64,000 nucleotides of DNA from Raja brachyura (GCA_963514005.1 OY740797.1:19468001-19532000), one strand, 5' to 3'; positions 39,206-52,147 are shown, counted from the stretch's first letter. A program made the numbers and translations. Notes: generated by a model not told the origin, from the letters alone.

Positions 39206-41083
39206 CAGTGCATTCAGAAAGTATTCAGACCACTTCACTTTTACCACATTTTGTTACGTTTCAGCCTTATTCTAAAATTGATTCATTTTTTTAATCATCA
39301 ATCTACACACAATACCCCATAATAAAGCAAAAACAGGTGTTTAGAAATGTTTGCAAAGTAATTAAAAAGAAAAAAGAAATAATTGAAATACTCAGCATTT
39401 TGTTGAGGCACCTTTGGCAGCGATTACAGCCTCAAGTCTTCTTGGGTATGACGCTACAAGCTTGACACACCAGTATTTGGGGAATTTCTCCGATTCTTCT
39501 CTGCAGATCCTCTCAGGCTCTATCAGGTTGGATGGGGAACATCGATGCACAGCTATTTTCAGGTCTCTCCAGAGATGTTCGATCAGGTTCAAGTCCAGGT
39601 TCTGGCTGGGCCACTCAAGAACATTCACAGATTTGTCATGAAGCCACTCCTGTGTCGTCTTGGCTGTGTGCTTAGGGGTAGTTGTCCTGTTGGAAAGTGA
39701 GCCTCTGCCCCAGTCTGTGGTCCAGAACGCTCTGGAGCAGGCAAAAAGGCAGAACAGAGGATGTACTTCCTGCGGCAGCTGAGGAAGCACAATCTACCAC
39801 AGGAATGATGGTCCAATTCTATACTCCCATCGTAGAGTCTGACCTCACCTTCTCCATCATGGGCTGGTTTGGCTCAGCCACCAAGCACGACACCCGGAGG
39901 CAGCAGCGAATCGTCCGATTAGCTGAGAAGGTTATTGGCTGCAACCTTCTCTCCATTGGCGAACTGTACACTGCAAGGGCCAGGGAGCGAGTGGGTAAGA
40001 TCATCTCTGACCCCTCTCACCCTGGCAACAAACTCTTTGAATCACTTCCTGCCAGAAGACGACTCCGGACTGTCAAAGCTGCCACAGCCAGACATAAAAA
40101 CAGCTTTTTTTCCACGAGTAGTAGCTCTACTCAATAACCAAAAATCTGTAGCCTCCTTTTGCTCTGGCATTTTATTTGATTCACATTTTAATCAATAATG
40201 TATTATTATTAATGTTTTATGTATCATTCTTAACTGTCACTGTATGTCATGTTGTCACTTGTGGGAGGAGCATCAAGGCAAATTTCTTGTATGTGAATAC
40301 TTGGCCTATAAACTTATTCATGTTCCTTTTGCTGAGGAGTGGCTTCCATCTGGCCACTCTTCCATAAAGGCCTGATTGGTGGAGTGCTGCAAATATAGTT
40401 GTCCTTCCGGAAAGCTCTCCCATCTCCACAGAGGAACTCTGGAGCTCTGTCAGAGTGACCATCAGGTTTTTGGTCATTTCCCTGACCAAGGCCCTTCTCC
40501 CTCGATTGCTCAGTTTGGCCGACCGGCCAGCTTTATGAAGGGTCCTGCTGGTTCCAAAGTTCTTCCATTTAAGAATGACGGAGGCCACTGTGCTCTTCGG
40601 GACGTGCAATGCTGCAGAAATTGTTTTATATCCTTCCCCAGATCTGTGTCTCGACACAATCCTGTCTCGGAGGTCTACGGACAATTCCTTCGTGGTCATG
40701 GCTAGGTTTTTGCTCTGCCATGCACAGTTAACTGTGGGGCCTTATGTAGACAGGTGTGTGCTTTTCCGAATCATGCCCAATCAATTTAATTTACCAATTA
40801 AGTTGTAGAAACATCTCAAGGATAATCAATGGAAACAGGATGAACCTAAGCTCAATTTTGAGTTCATAGCAAAGGGTCTGAATACTTATGTAAATGTGAT
40901 ATTTCAGTTATTCATTTTGAATTACCGCAACATTTTCTAAATACCTGTTTTCGCTCCTTCATTCTGGGGTATTGTGTGTTGATTGATGTTTTAAAAAAAA
41001 AATGTAATCTATTTTATAATAAGGCTGTAATGTAACAAAATGTGGAAAAAGTGAAGGGGCCTGAATACTTTATGAATGCACTG
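39206..41083 (-). mobile_element. Tc1/mariner element (Passport-like) with both long TIRs and a TA TSD
   Basis: TA|CAGTGCATTCAGAAAGTATTCAG ... CTGAATACTTTATGAATGCACTG|TA. N-terminus KELSVDLRDRIVSRHRSGEGY, C-terminus RLEAVIAAKGASTK. Confidence 0.95.
39742..40317 (+). mobile_element. Rex1/Babar-type LINE 3' fragment inserted in the Tc1 element
   Basis: QRMYFLRQLRK...FYTPIVES...WFGSATK...IISDPSHPG..LF..LP..RR...KNSFF motif series. Confidence 0.8.
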
Positions 41084-41880
41084 TACCTGTACTGCTAGAT
41101 CCCTCTGCTTTACAGCAGTCCCCAAGGCACTACCATTCACTGTGAAGGCCCTGCCGTAGTTTGACCTCCCAAAATGCTACATTTCACACTTTAAATTAAA
41201 ATCCATTAGCCATTCCTCAGCCCATTTGCCCAGCTGATCAAGATCTTGTTGTAATTTTTAATAACCATCTTCACTGCCTACAATATCACCTACTTTAGCA
41301 AACTTACTAATCATGCCTACCTTATCCAAATCATTGCCCATCTCTTGCGGCTCCACAAGTAAATGGCTGCTTTGGTTTCTGAGGGGCATTATTCTCTCTC
41401 TAGTTACCCTTCTTCTCTTAATATATTTCTGAAACCTCTTTGGATTCTCCTTAATTTTAACTGCCAGACCTATCTTCAGCCCTTTTTTTGCCTTTCTAAT
41501 TTTCTCCTTGAATATGCTCCTCAGGCCCCTAAACTCCTCCATGGATACACTTGATCCCAGTTACCAATACCTAGCCCATGCCTCCTTTTCCCTGGTCAGA
41601 GCCCCAATTTCTCTCGTCATCCAGGGTTCCTTACTCCCGTCCGTCTTGCTCTTCACTAACAGGAACCAGCATGCTTTGATCTCCACCTTTTAAAAGCATC
41701 CCTCTAAAAACATCCCACTGTAAACATTCTACTCCAAATGACTTTAGCAAGTTCCTGTGTAGTACCATTAAAGTTCACCTTGTCCCAATTCAGAACGGAC
41801 TTGCGCTAGTCCTATTTTTAATGGGACCAATAAAGTATGATAATTTGAAAATAACCGTATTTACAATTTCTTCTCCACAG

Positions 41881-41937
41881 CCGCAGGGATTTGGAAATGA
41901 ACAGACCTGGAAGTGTGGCCAATGCCAAGACTCTGCA
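41881..41937 (+). CDS. NDRG4: NDRG4 coding exon (RRDLEMNRPGSVANAKTLQ)
   Basis: ctccacag / gtaagt, 57 nt. Confidence 0.96.
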
Positions 41938-42620
41938 GTAAGTCTTCACCCTTCCTTATGGATTAGGATCCTCTTCAATACCACAACCTGACTACACTCA
42001 CCTGTTGCAGTCCATTTTATTGTTGTGAAATTCCAAAACATTGCATCATTCTTTATTTTTGTATTCTTCTCCAGTTATGACCAGCTTGTGTGTTCCCCAT
42101 CACTGAACACGGTCTGAAGGAGAATATTCTAGTCGGTGATCCCTGTGAGGAGTGACAAATGCTCCCCACTGGTCATAGTATCAGACATAGTATGAGACGT
42201 TACATCCACCATTTCTGTCCCCACATTATAAGGTTACACCCCTCTCACTGATTAGAATGAAAGGTTACAACCCTCACTCTATCCCCGGTGTGAGTGCTTC
42301 ATCTCTTCACTGCCTCTGATGCAAGCAATTTAAAGTATTGGTATTTTGTCTAGCTCTTCCCAGCTGTCAGACTTACACTACCCCTTTCTACTACTGCATT
42401 TCTCATTGATCACTGCTTATGTTTCTCCTATAGTCAGTTAGCCCATCCTTCTGCTCTCATCCACACTGTTGAACAAATGGCAGAAGCTTAAGCTTCACCT
42501 CCAATTGCACCTGGGGCCCCCTGACCTGCCTAAATCTACCTCACCTGCTCCTGCCCCAGCTACTACCCAAGTCTGAAACATTGCTAACCTAATGTATTTG
42601 ACTACTTCTTAGGTTAAAAT

Positions 42621-43130
42621 GTGCAAGTAACTCTCCCTCAAAAACTATGGGCAGAAATTCCTCAAGTTGCAGACACTGCAGATGAGGTAGTCACGGATCA
42701 TGTTGTATTTCAGCGTCTCCCGCGCATTCTGGATGTAGCACGCTGCCTATACTGCTATTATTGTCTAACCTTGCTCTCTAAGATGGATCAAGTAAACCAG
42801 CGTGCTTACAGTCTTAATGGGGTATGTGACCGCAAGTTGGGCTCTCAATCCCACCTCCTCTGCATCGCATGGGATGGAATGTGCAGAGGTGAATGTGATC
42901 AATGGCCCAGACTCCCACAAAGTTATGCCGATGATCAGGAGCTAAAATCTCCCTTGCTGGGTTACAGTTATGAAGCAGCAAATGTCCCGAGAATAATAAA
43001 AGCACTTGAAACATTTGAAAGAAATGGTGAAAGATTTGCCTCCTTAACACTGAGCAGACAGTCACAGTGGTCACAGTGCTTCAAATGAGCACTAGTTACA
43101 AATGAGAAAGTGCCTTGTCACTGCATTATT
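42621..43130 (+). pseudogene. Probable ancient PIF/Harbinger transposase relic
   Basis: Degenerate motifs in colinear order: LPRILDVARC, VNQRAYSLNGVCD, LLGYSY, ETFERNGERFASL. Judged by eye only. Confidence 0.45.
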
Positions 43131-43504
43131 GATAGTGCCGGAAAGGTGACAGCTGAAAGCTCCCAGTTTACTGGATATAACCTTCCCATGCCCTGTGCAC
43201 TTCTTGACCACTTGCCTGCAGGAGGTTCACCCTAATCCTTAAATATCCAACATTTGTAATGGGGGGGGTGCCAACATTACCACAATAAGACCTCTAATTA
43301 AACTTTCTATTTAGTGAGTTTGATCTCCGTATCAATATGTCTTCAAACCATGGATTAAATATGAGTAGGGGCCTCACATGTGACTTGAAGGTCTCTCCTT
43401 GTGTTTAAAATGTGAGAAGTTTCCATGCGGTGGGGGAAGGGGAAGGCTGTTTCGGAGCTGCCTGCAGATGTGAGAAAGTGAACTGATGATCCGGTGTATT
43501 TCAG

Positions 43505-43556
43505 GTGTCCAGTGATGCTGGTGGTGGGGGACAATGCCCCAGCAGAGGAAGGAGTG
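43505..43556 (+). CDS. NDRG4: NDRG4 coding exon (CPVMLVVGDNAPAEEGV)
   Basis: atttcag / gtgagt, 52 nt. Confidence 0.96.
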
Positions 43557-44059
43557 GTGAGTATGAAGTGCAACACTGCATCGTACACGGTGGTAGGGTC
43601 AAATATGAGGCTTTGTCTCTGCGTTGGTCTTCTTGATGATAGAATAGTTATTACTAATTGTGCAGGCTAATCATAAGCCTAGAAGAGGTAGGAACACCGG
43701 ATTCAACAGTCGAACCAAGAGCATTTAATTGTCATATGCACTGAGACCAGTACAGTGAAATTCTTACTTGTTGCATCTTTACAGGCACATTAGCACAACA
43801 AAGCAAGATTATTCTGCACTCTGTATATTTCTCTTCAATCTATCCACTAAACCTGTGTTTAGTTTGATTGTGTTTATGTATAATATTATCTGATTGGATT
43901 GGATAGTATGTAACTCTGTACATATGCCAATAATAAACTAAACCTATACATAATAAATAGAAAATAAGCGATAATGTAATAAATTATCTGTCATACTAAG
44001 TAACCAGAATTTAATAGTGCAAGCTGAAGTATGTGGTGTGACCTAATAGTTTGGTGCTG

Positions 44060-44310
44060 AGGTAAAGTTGTGATTAGGGTGGTTCAAGGGCCTGATGTTT
44101 GATGGGAAGAAGCTCCTCTTGAATCTGGAGGTAACTGTTCTCAGGCTCTTGTACCTTCTTTCTGGTGTAGTGATGAGTTAAGAGCGTAGCCAGAGTGTAT
44201 GATTCTTTGATGGTATAAGCTGCCTTTCTGTAAATCCCTTCAATGGTGAGGAGGTCAGTACCTGTGATGGACCGAGCAATGTCCACCACTTCCTGCAACA
44301 TCCTTTATTC
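44060..44310 (-). mobile_element. Decayed Rex1-like LINE 3' fragment (similar remnant at about 10190-10370)
   Basis: LQEVVDIARSITGTDLLTIEGIY...KAA..IK motif. Confidence 0.6.
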
Positions 44311-44889
44311 TTCAGGCTGTGATGCATAAATTAAAAACTTGAGAGAATTGATCCATTGTTGCATCTCTCTGGGTTGCTCTCATATTCTCCTGACATCAGT
44401 TTTATTCAACTTTCTACCATCTGATCTACAAATCTCAGCATTACTATGAATATAATTTCGCTCATTGCGTTTGAGGTCTGTACAGCACATAACTGGATTA
44501 TTCTACATGTTTTTAAATGGGATTAATCTTTCACTAAAATAATACTGGGAGTCTGTCTACCAGCAATGCCAAGTTATTTTGAAGCTCCTAAATTACATTC
44601 GAGTTACCCTTAATCCACTTATGCAAATATGTGGAATGTGACAATCAGAGAGCTCAGTTAAATGCTGTCCTGGTTATGTAATTGCACCAGTATCAATATC
44701 TATATATGTCTTCCATGTTGTTAGTGTGAGATTGTTATTTGGCAACAATAGACATCTTATCAACAGAGCACGATGGAAAAAGTGTCATTAGATCTACGTT
44801 TGACACTTATCGAAACTTACAATGCTTACAATATTTCATTAATGTAAGCATCGTACGTTTTGATGTGTCAATTGACAACAAGCAGAGAA

Positions 44890-45745
44890 TAAGGACAAAG
44901 GACATTTATTATCACATACACCAATTGGTGTAGTGAAATTTGACTTGCCAATGCAGCACATGAATAAAGATAATACACAACACTAGAGTATTTAACAATA
45001 AACATAAAAACATCCTCCCACAATGGTTCCCACTGTGGGGGAAGGCAGCAAAGTCCAGTCCCATCCCCAGTTCACCCATAGTCGGGCCTATTGAGGCCTC
45101 TGCAGCTGCTGCTACGGCAGCCCGATGCTTCAGGCCCACACGCCGGATGATGAAGTTCTGGTGACGGATGAACTCTCTCAGCGGCCCAGAGTGTCTGGAG
45201 CGGCCGCTTCTCCCCGGAGTTCGCAGCTCCCGTAGTCCATGGGCCGCGCCGGTCGGAGCTTCGACTCTGGTGATCTCGGCGTGAGATCCCAGGCTACGCG
45301 GTTTTTAAAAATCAGCGCCGCCCGCCTATGGCTGGAAGGTTCACAGACCGCAGACCGCAGCTCTGCGATGTTGCAGTCGGCAGTTCCAGCCCCTCCGGAG
45401 CTCCATCGCACGGTGACCAGGGCAAGGCATCGCCCGCTCCGCGATGGCGCCCCAGCGCTGTGTACCGCCGCCGAAGCTGAAGTCCCGGCCAGTCCCGGCA
45501 GGAAACGCCGCTCCAGACTGCCGGTAGGCCGCGAGGAAGGGCGAAGATACGGCCCGGAGAAAAGCCGCATCTCCGACCAGGTAGGTACTGAGAAAATAGT
45601 TTCCCCCTTCCCCCCCTCCACCCACTACATAAAAAGACTAAAAGACCTCCAAAAAACAAACACTTTAACTAACTAAAAATATAAAAAAAGAATGAAAAGA
45701 CTAACAGCTGCTGGCAGGACGGCCATACTCGACGGCGCCCCCTGA
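44890..45745 (-). mobile_element. Second CpG-rich non-autonomous retroposon, related head
   Basis: Shares the CCCCC.TCCCCCAC.ATAAAA...AAAAGAC...TGGC.GG..GCC...GGCGCCCCCT terminal block with 37757-38477; different tail. Confidence 0.65.
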
Positions 45746-46020
45746 CGAATAATGAAAGGCAACTGACAGTGACGTATGAACTGTGCTGGTTTATATGAAT
45801 TGGAGCACAGTGCATGTATTGTGAAGATTTCCTCTGGCTGGCATTTGTACTAGTGTTGAAAATAATAATGGATGAAAACTTAACCTAAAACATGGACAAA
45901 TGGCTACATGTACTGAGCAATTTCCCCCCTAATTTTAGGAAAGATTTTGTTCGTTAAATAGAAGTTCATTTTATCACTCATTGTTGATTTTGTAAAACTA
46001 ATACTGCTGTCTCATTCTAG

Positions 46021-46068
46021 GTGGAATGCAATTCCAAGCTGGACCCAACTCAGACAACTTTCCTGAAG
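46021..46068 (+). CDS. NDRG4: NDRG4 coding exon (VECNSKLDPTQTTFLK)
   Basis: attctag / gtatta, 48 nt. Confidence 0.96.
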
Positions 46069-46287
46069 GTATTAAATGACCTGCACTGGTTGTGGAATCT
46101 GACAAATAAGGATTCATTTTAGGGAGAAACAAATCTCTGCACAGTTGATTTAAATTGGCCATTCCCACCTAAATTATAGAGTGGGTGGGATTATTTCCTG
46201 ATGCAAAGGCCAAAGATACTGGGGTGCTGTAGTTCTAACATTAAAATACTCACATTTTCTCAAACACATTTTCATTGAAAACTATAG

Positions 46288-46580
46288 AGTGGCACAGTTG
46301 GTAGAATCGCTGCCTCCAAATGCCAGAGACCCATGTTAGATTCTGACCTCAAATGCTGTCTGTGTGGAGTTTGCAAGTGATACTGCAGAAATCCTCCCGG
46401 TGCTCCAGTTTCCTCATACATACCAAAGATTTGGTGATTAATTGGCTTCTGTAAAAGCACCCCTAATGCGTTTGGAGTGTATGAGATGTTGGGCTAACAT
46501 AGAACTAGTGTAAATGAGTGATTGATGTACGGTTTGGTCTCAGTGGGCCGATAGGCCTGTTTCCAAGCCGTATCTCTAAA
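46288..46580 (+). mobile_element. tRNA-derived SINE (HE1/V-SINE-like); more decayed copy at about 56920-57170
   Basis: A/B-box-like head, central TGTGTGGAGTTTGC...GGTGCTCCAGTTTCCTC block, CR1-like tail GGGCCGA.AGGCCTGTTTCC. Confidence 0.7.
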
Positions 46581-47506
46581 CCAACATTTCTCGTTTCGGG
46601 CATCTAGCAAGGAAATCTTTATGTCGATCCTTTAATATCCCATTGGCAATAAGAGTCAAAATATGTAGGTTGGAGTGATGCACAGATTCCCTCCCTAATG
46701 AATGTTAAAGAACTTGTTGTTTTGATTTTGTCCATTTTATACAATAGACAATAGGTGCAGGAGTAGGCCATTCGGCCATGCAAGCCAGCACCACCATTCT
46801 ATGTGATCATGGCTGATCATCCCATTATCACCCCATTAACACCTTACAGGCCCACATTTTTACAGGAGCATGGTAGATGCACAGTCTCTTGCCCAGAGTA
46901 GGTGAATCAAGGACCAGAGGACATAGGTTAAAGGTGAAGGTGAAAAGATTTAATAGGAATCTAAGGGGTAACTTTTTCACAAGCTGTCAGAGGAGGTAGT
47001 TGATATTCCATGATTCTTTTTCCGTGAACAATTGTCCATTCGTTAGGGAATTCTTGTGCATTGAGACAGGCTTGGGTTATTACGGGGCACACAGTCAGCC
47101 TTGTAATGAATAAGATGTTGACCAGCTGGAGCCAGGCTAGGATGGGAAATATCTATATAGCCCATGTGTTCAAAGGACATCTATCCAATTTAGACTCAAA
47201 CCAATAGAACACTCAGCCGACAGAATGTGGATTGAAGGAATAAATGGATAGATCACCTTGTATTCTTGAATTAACCCACTGAATCCTAGCCCTAGCTCTT
47301 AATGAAACAAATAAATGTAATATATTATGGATATCAATTGTTAGAGTACTAAATGTTAGCGTTTTTCCAATTCCAAAGAAATAAGCATCTTATGTGAACA
47401 TCGTTGTGAATTACAGGTGGTATTATGATTTAGTTGAAGAAATGTGGCAAACGGCTGGTATTTCCTCATCCACAGTGGTAACCCTCATCCATGTTTTATT
47501 TTTTAG

Positions 47507-47542
47507 ATGGCTGACTGTGGTGGCTTGCCCCAGATCACTCAG
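47507..47542 (+). CDS. NDRG4: NDRG4 coding exon (MADCGGLPQITQ)
   Basis: tttttag / gtgggt, 36 nt. Confidence 0.95.
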
Positions 47543-47979
47543 GTGGGTAATTCACACTCTGTGTCCAGATTCACATTTACACAGATCTATTTTCCAATAC
47601 TTCTGCCAAGTTTGTGTCTTTCACTCCAAACCATGTTTATGTGCTCCTAGAAGTAACAATGTAATTCAGCATGGGATCTGTTTTGAAATTAGGGTGGCAT
47701 GGCAGGAGGTGCCCTGAAGAAGTTCCCAAGGGGCATTGATGTGTCACATTTGGAATTTAAGGTCTTGCCAATGAATTCTAATGGCTAGGGTGGGTCTTTA
47801 AAAATGGCAACATCTGTCAGCTTCAGATTTCTCCCAATGTCTTAACCTATGTTGTCTATTACTCCACTGAAAGTGGTAATTAGCAAATGCCATAAGGTGG
47901 TGCACTTCTGTTTATTTTTTTTATACTGTATGTCTTCAGGCTGATACTACTTTTTAGTTTGTACATTTTCTTCTAACAG

Positions 47980-48031
47980 CCTGGAAAGTTGACAGAGGCC
48001 TTCAAATACTTTCTGCAGGGCATGGGCTACA
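47980..48031 (+). CDS. NDRG4: NDRG4 coding exon (PGKLTEAFKYFLQGMGY)
   Basis: ctaacag / gtaagt, 52 nt. Confidence 0.97.
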
Positions 48032-48204
48032 GTAAGTATCAGAAGAGCTGCATTAAGTATGAATGTGTTTTGATTTCACTTCAGCTTTATTAACAGAAAG
48101 TATCTAATCTAGACGTTGCATATTGCTTACATACTGACAAGAGGATCGTACTTATTAGTGTTACCTAATGGTCTGGGGAGATCTCCTGGTTAAATTGTTG
48201 GCTC

Positions 48205-48486
48205 TGGGATGTTGTCACTGTGGGATTATTTACCATAGGTTGTCTTCGCAGTGAGACTGATTGGCGGTGTTGTTCTGGCATTGAGACTGTATGGCATGGG
48301 TTGTTCTTGCAATGTAACTGTGTGCCATGGGTTAGTCTCACAGTGAGACTGTTGGCTGTAGGATTGTTTTCAAGGAGAGAGATTTTGGCATGAGGTGCAG
48401 TAATGCTGAGGCAGTTCTACTGTGGGGCATTGCTGAGGTGAGACTGTTCTACTTCGGGGCATTGCCATGGTGAAATTCTGTTCTAC
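48205..48486. repeat. Degenerate minisatellite, about 30-31-bp unit
   Basis: Recurring GGGTTGTTCT.GCA.TGAGACTGT..GGC.T-like units. Confidence 0.65.
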
Positions 48487-50559
48487 ATCGTCAAGTCTTG
48501 TTTATTATCATATGCTCAAGTACAGTGAGACACAGGTACAATGAAATCTTGTTTGCAACAGCATCAAAGGCACATTGATTCAGACAAACACACAAGAACG
48601 TAAATTGTAAACAAATTACACAAAATTACATGTTTACTGCCAGTAAAACCATATTGGGCAGAGATTGCTCTGGAGAAAATTGCAATCTTAATGTGGATCA
48701 CTTCTCACTAAATTGGATCCATCTTATATATCTGAGATTCTATTTCATGATAACTAAGTCAGAGCATGCAAACAATGAGAGATTGATATTTAGGAATAGT
48801 TTTGACTTTCATGCATGATTCTGTGTTACTATGTAATGTTCAGAAGTGATTGCATTGTCAGTTGTCTAGAGCACATCATTATATGCTTCCAGAGTGTGTG
48901 GCGGAGTCTCTCTCCGTGAACACTGCATATTCCTGTGCATGCTTCTGTGTCTAAATAAAACATTATAATTAATAGTAATAGTCCATAGGCCTAAGTCTGG
49001 AAGGATCAATCAAATTAGTGAAGTGCCATTAGTTTTCTAATGGCCCATCATGCTTTGCATGTTCAAAGATGTGAAAAGGGCATCACAGTGTATATACTAA
49101 CTTATATACTAAATATTTACAAACCTTAAAATATAAAAGCTGCTGTTCACAGATCACAGTGCACTTCATAAAGGGGAAGAACCCGTGAGAATTGGTACTG
49201 AGCCCAAAATATTTTAAATTGAGAAATACAAGGTCTAAACTTTCTTTGTACTTGCACTTTGTAGTTTAAAGCAACTGCTTGGAGCATTTGAAGAGCAGAT
49301 ATGAACGCATTTGCACTCAGAGTCTAATAATTACTGCATCTGTAGAGATCAAAGTTTTGTCGTTGATACATCTGGAGAAACGGTTACTTGACAATATTGA
49401 GGGATGTACAGAAGCAGTTCCCATGTTTCTTCTTGTCTATGATTAAAGACTAATTTAAAGGTCTTTATTCATAGTTCATTGAGATTTAATTATTTTTAAT
49501 GAATGGTTAGGTATGAATTTATCCAAGTACACCATTTGTGTACACCATTCTTGCTACAGTCATTTTCTTGTGTTTCAAAGGTTCAAATGACAGTTTATTG
49601 TCACGTGTACCAATGAAGGTACAGTGAAACTCAAATTATCATACAGTAATACTAAAAAAGCACCAAGACACACAACTACATAAAAGTGCTGACCAGTCAT
49701 TGAAGTTCACTGTCTGTTGAACAATGGGAGGCATTCAGGAGCACTCATCAGAATAAGAATGCTATTTTTAAAAAGCACAATTATTGAAAAAAATCAATAC
49801 ACACACACACGTGTACACACACAAACCAACTAGCTAAGTTTAATTCCCAACAAGTTCTCACAGTTTGGTGGACAGCCGTTTCTTCCCATGGATTTCAATG
49901 GGCTCACTGAGTTTATCTTTGCTCTGGCTCAGCAGGTTCGTTTCCCAGAATGAATGGGAAGAAAAGGCTGTTCACAGGGCAATAAATAGATGTGAATTTA
50001 CTTTTTATTTGTTTTAATTAAGTTAATATAAATATATTTAATTATTTATGTGGCAAGTGTTGCTTAGTGTTATGATGTATCAGTTTTGTAACTGTGTCTA
50101 CATGTGTTTCAATGTTTGTGATTGCCAGAGGCATATCATTGAACCAATAGCTTTGATACCTGGTAAGCCTGAGATCATTGCTTCAATGGGCACTATTGCG
50201 AGTTTGGGACCTGACACAAATGCCCAGAGAGACTTTGCTATACTGGACTGCTCAATCAACTGGGAACCTTATTTCTAGTGGAAGACTGTGCCTGCAAGCA
50301 TGCTTCAAGAAAAAGTGTGTTTCAAAGCTAGGACACCAGTAAACTCATGATTTCCCCATTGCTCCAAGTAATCTACTGGTGCAGAGCAGAATTGTACTTA
50401 TCAGAGCAGTCTTTGCATAGTCTTGAGCAGTTGCCCAATTAATTGATAAATAGTGGCTGATTCGAATATGTTTAAGTAGAAGATTAGGCCGATGATTTAT
50501 ATTCTACCAGCAATGCAAAATATATCCCTAATGTGCTTGGGCGTGCTAGTGTAGGATTC

Positions 50560-51370
50560 CCAAGAAAATAATCTGCAAGTCGAGTCGGTAGTAAAGAAGG
50601 CTAATGCACTAATTTCAAGAGGCAAGAATACAAAAACAGGGATGTAATGCTTGAATATTGTCAGCAATTTTGGGCACCATATCTGTGGAAGGATGTGTTG
50701 GCGCTGGATAGGTCCTGGAGGTGTGCAATAATGATCCCAGGAATGAGTGGGTTAACATATGATGATGCGTTTAATGGCAATGGGCCTGTACTCGCTGGAG
50801 TTTAGAAGGATGAGGGGGGACCTGATTGAAGAGAGAGTTTGATAGAGCTCTCGGGGCTAGTAGAGTCAAGGGATATGGGGAGAAGGCAGGCACGGGTTAT
50901 TGATAGCGGACGATCAGCCATGATCACAATGAATGGCAGTGCTGGCTCGAAGGGCCGAATGGCCTCCTCCTGCACCTATTTTCTATGCTTCTATGAAATG
51001 TACCAAATAGTGAAGGGCTTGGATAGAGTGGATGTGGAGAGGATGTTTCCACTAGTGGGAGGGTCGAGGACTAGAGGTCATAACCTCGGAATTAAAGAAC
51101 GTTCCTTTAGGAAGGAGAGGAGGAGGAATTTCTTTAGTCAGAGGGTGGTGAATCAGTGGAATTATTTATTGCAGAAGGCTGTGAAGGCCAAGTCAATGAA
51201 TGTTTTTAAGGCAAAGATGGATAGATTCTTGATTAGCACGGGTTTCAGGGGTTATGGGTAGATGGCAGGAGAATGGGGTTAGGAGGGAGAGATAGGTCAG
51301 CCATTATTGAATGGCGGAGTAGACTTGATGGGCCGAATGGCCTGATTCTGCTCCTATCACATGACCTTAT
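50560..51370 (+). mobile_element. CR1 3' fragment with a nested second CR1 tail (about 50835-50995)
   Basis: ORF 50839..51261 fuses a tail-derived peptide to VDVERMFPLVG...FFSQRVVNQWN. Confidence 0.85.
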
Positions 51371-52147
51371 GATACTTAATAAGAGCAGAGAGAGAGTTAG
51401 AAGACTGAACGTTTGATGAGTTTGGTGAAAGAAGAGCCAACAGTTTAAGTAATAAATGGGTTCAAGGCAGCTGAACATGCTCAGGAGATGAGAGATGGTG
51501 ATGCGGGGAATGAGGGTTGTGATACGAGTGTTGGGCTTGTTAGACACGATTGCAGGAGCCACAGTATTCTATCTGCATTTAGGACTAGATAGAGTAGTAG
51601 AAAGGGAAAGAAAAGGTCCATATTGTGAATTCAAATTAGCAGAATAATTCAGTTTCTATATAAGTTCCTGTACAAGCAGTAATATGTTTTCTCAGGACTG
51701 CATCCAATATTGTATAATGGAACAAGTTTCATAATATAGTAATTTCAAACTGACACGGTGAAGAAGCCCAGATCTCTCTGGATCGGTGCTTGAAATATGC
51801 TTGAACGGTGGAAATGCAAACGCTGCTCTCAACTTGAAGAATGGGATATTGGGCTGCCCGGATGATATTCCTCATTACTAAAACTCCCTCTTGTACCTTT
51901 ATAGCGATACTATTGACTTTGATTGATCATAGGTTCAACAAAATGAGAATAACATGTGGAAGATCCTTAAAACAAAACAGAGTTTTGGGTCAGGACACCA
52001 AATGTAAGACCATACATGTCATACAGATGTCCCAGTTGGTTGAGACCATAAGTACGTGTGCGTTCCTGTATGAGTTGGATGTGAGTCTGCTTTTCTCTCG
52101 ATGTAGACTGTAATGCTGCATTTCCTACTTCCTTATTTCACGCTCAG

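Larger units (their letters stand above)
38810..41800 (-). mobile_element. Old CR1 fragment split by a Tc1 insertion
   Basis: CR1 peptides on both sides (ORFs 38763..39032 and 41258..41542); the sequence rejoins across the TA duplication. Confidence 0.75.

Noticed and set aside
46288-46350. tRNA gene
   Set aside because: Only a degenerate tRNA-like SINE head; no cloverleaf.
50129-50162. Possible exon cag|...CTG|gtaagc
   Set aside because: 34 nt, frame-breaking with an early stop and a weak acceptor; no support without RNA data.
52027-52086. Possible extra exon ending at GAT|gtgagt (52080)
   Set aside because: In-frame stop from either acceptor, weak pyrimidine tract, and only 67 nt to the next acceptor.
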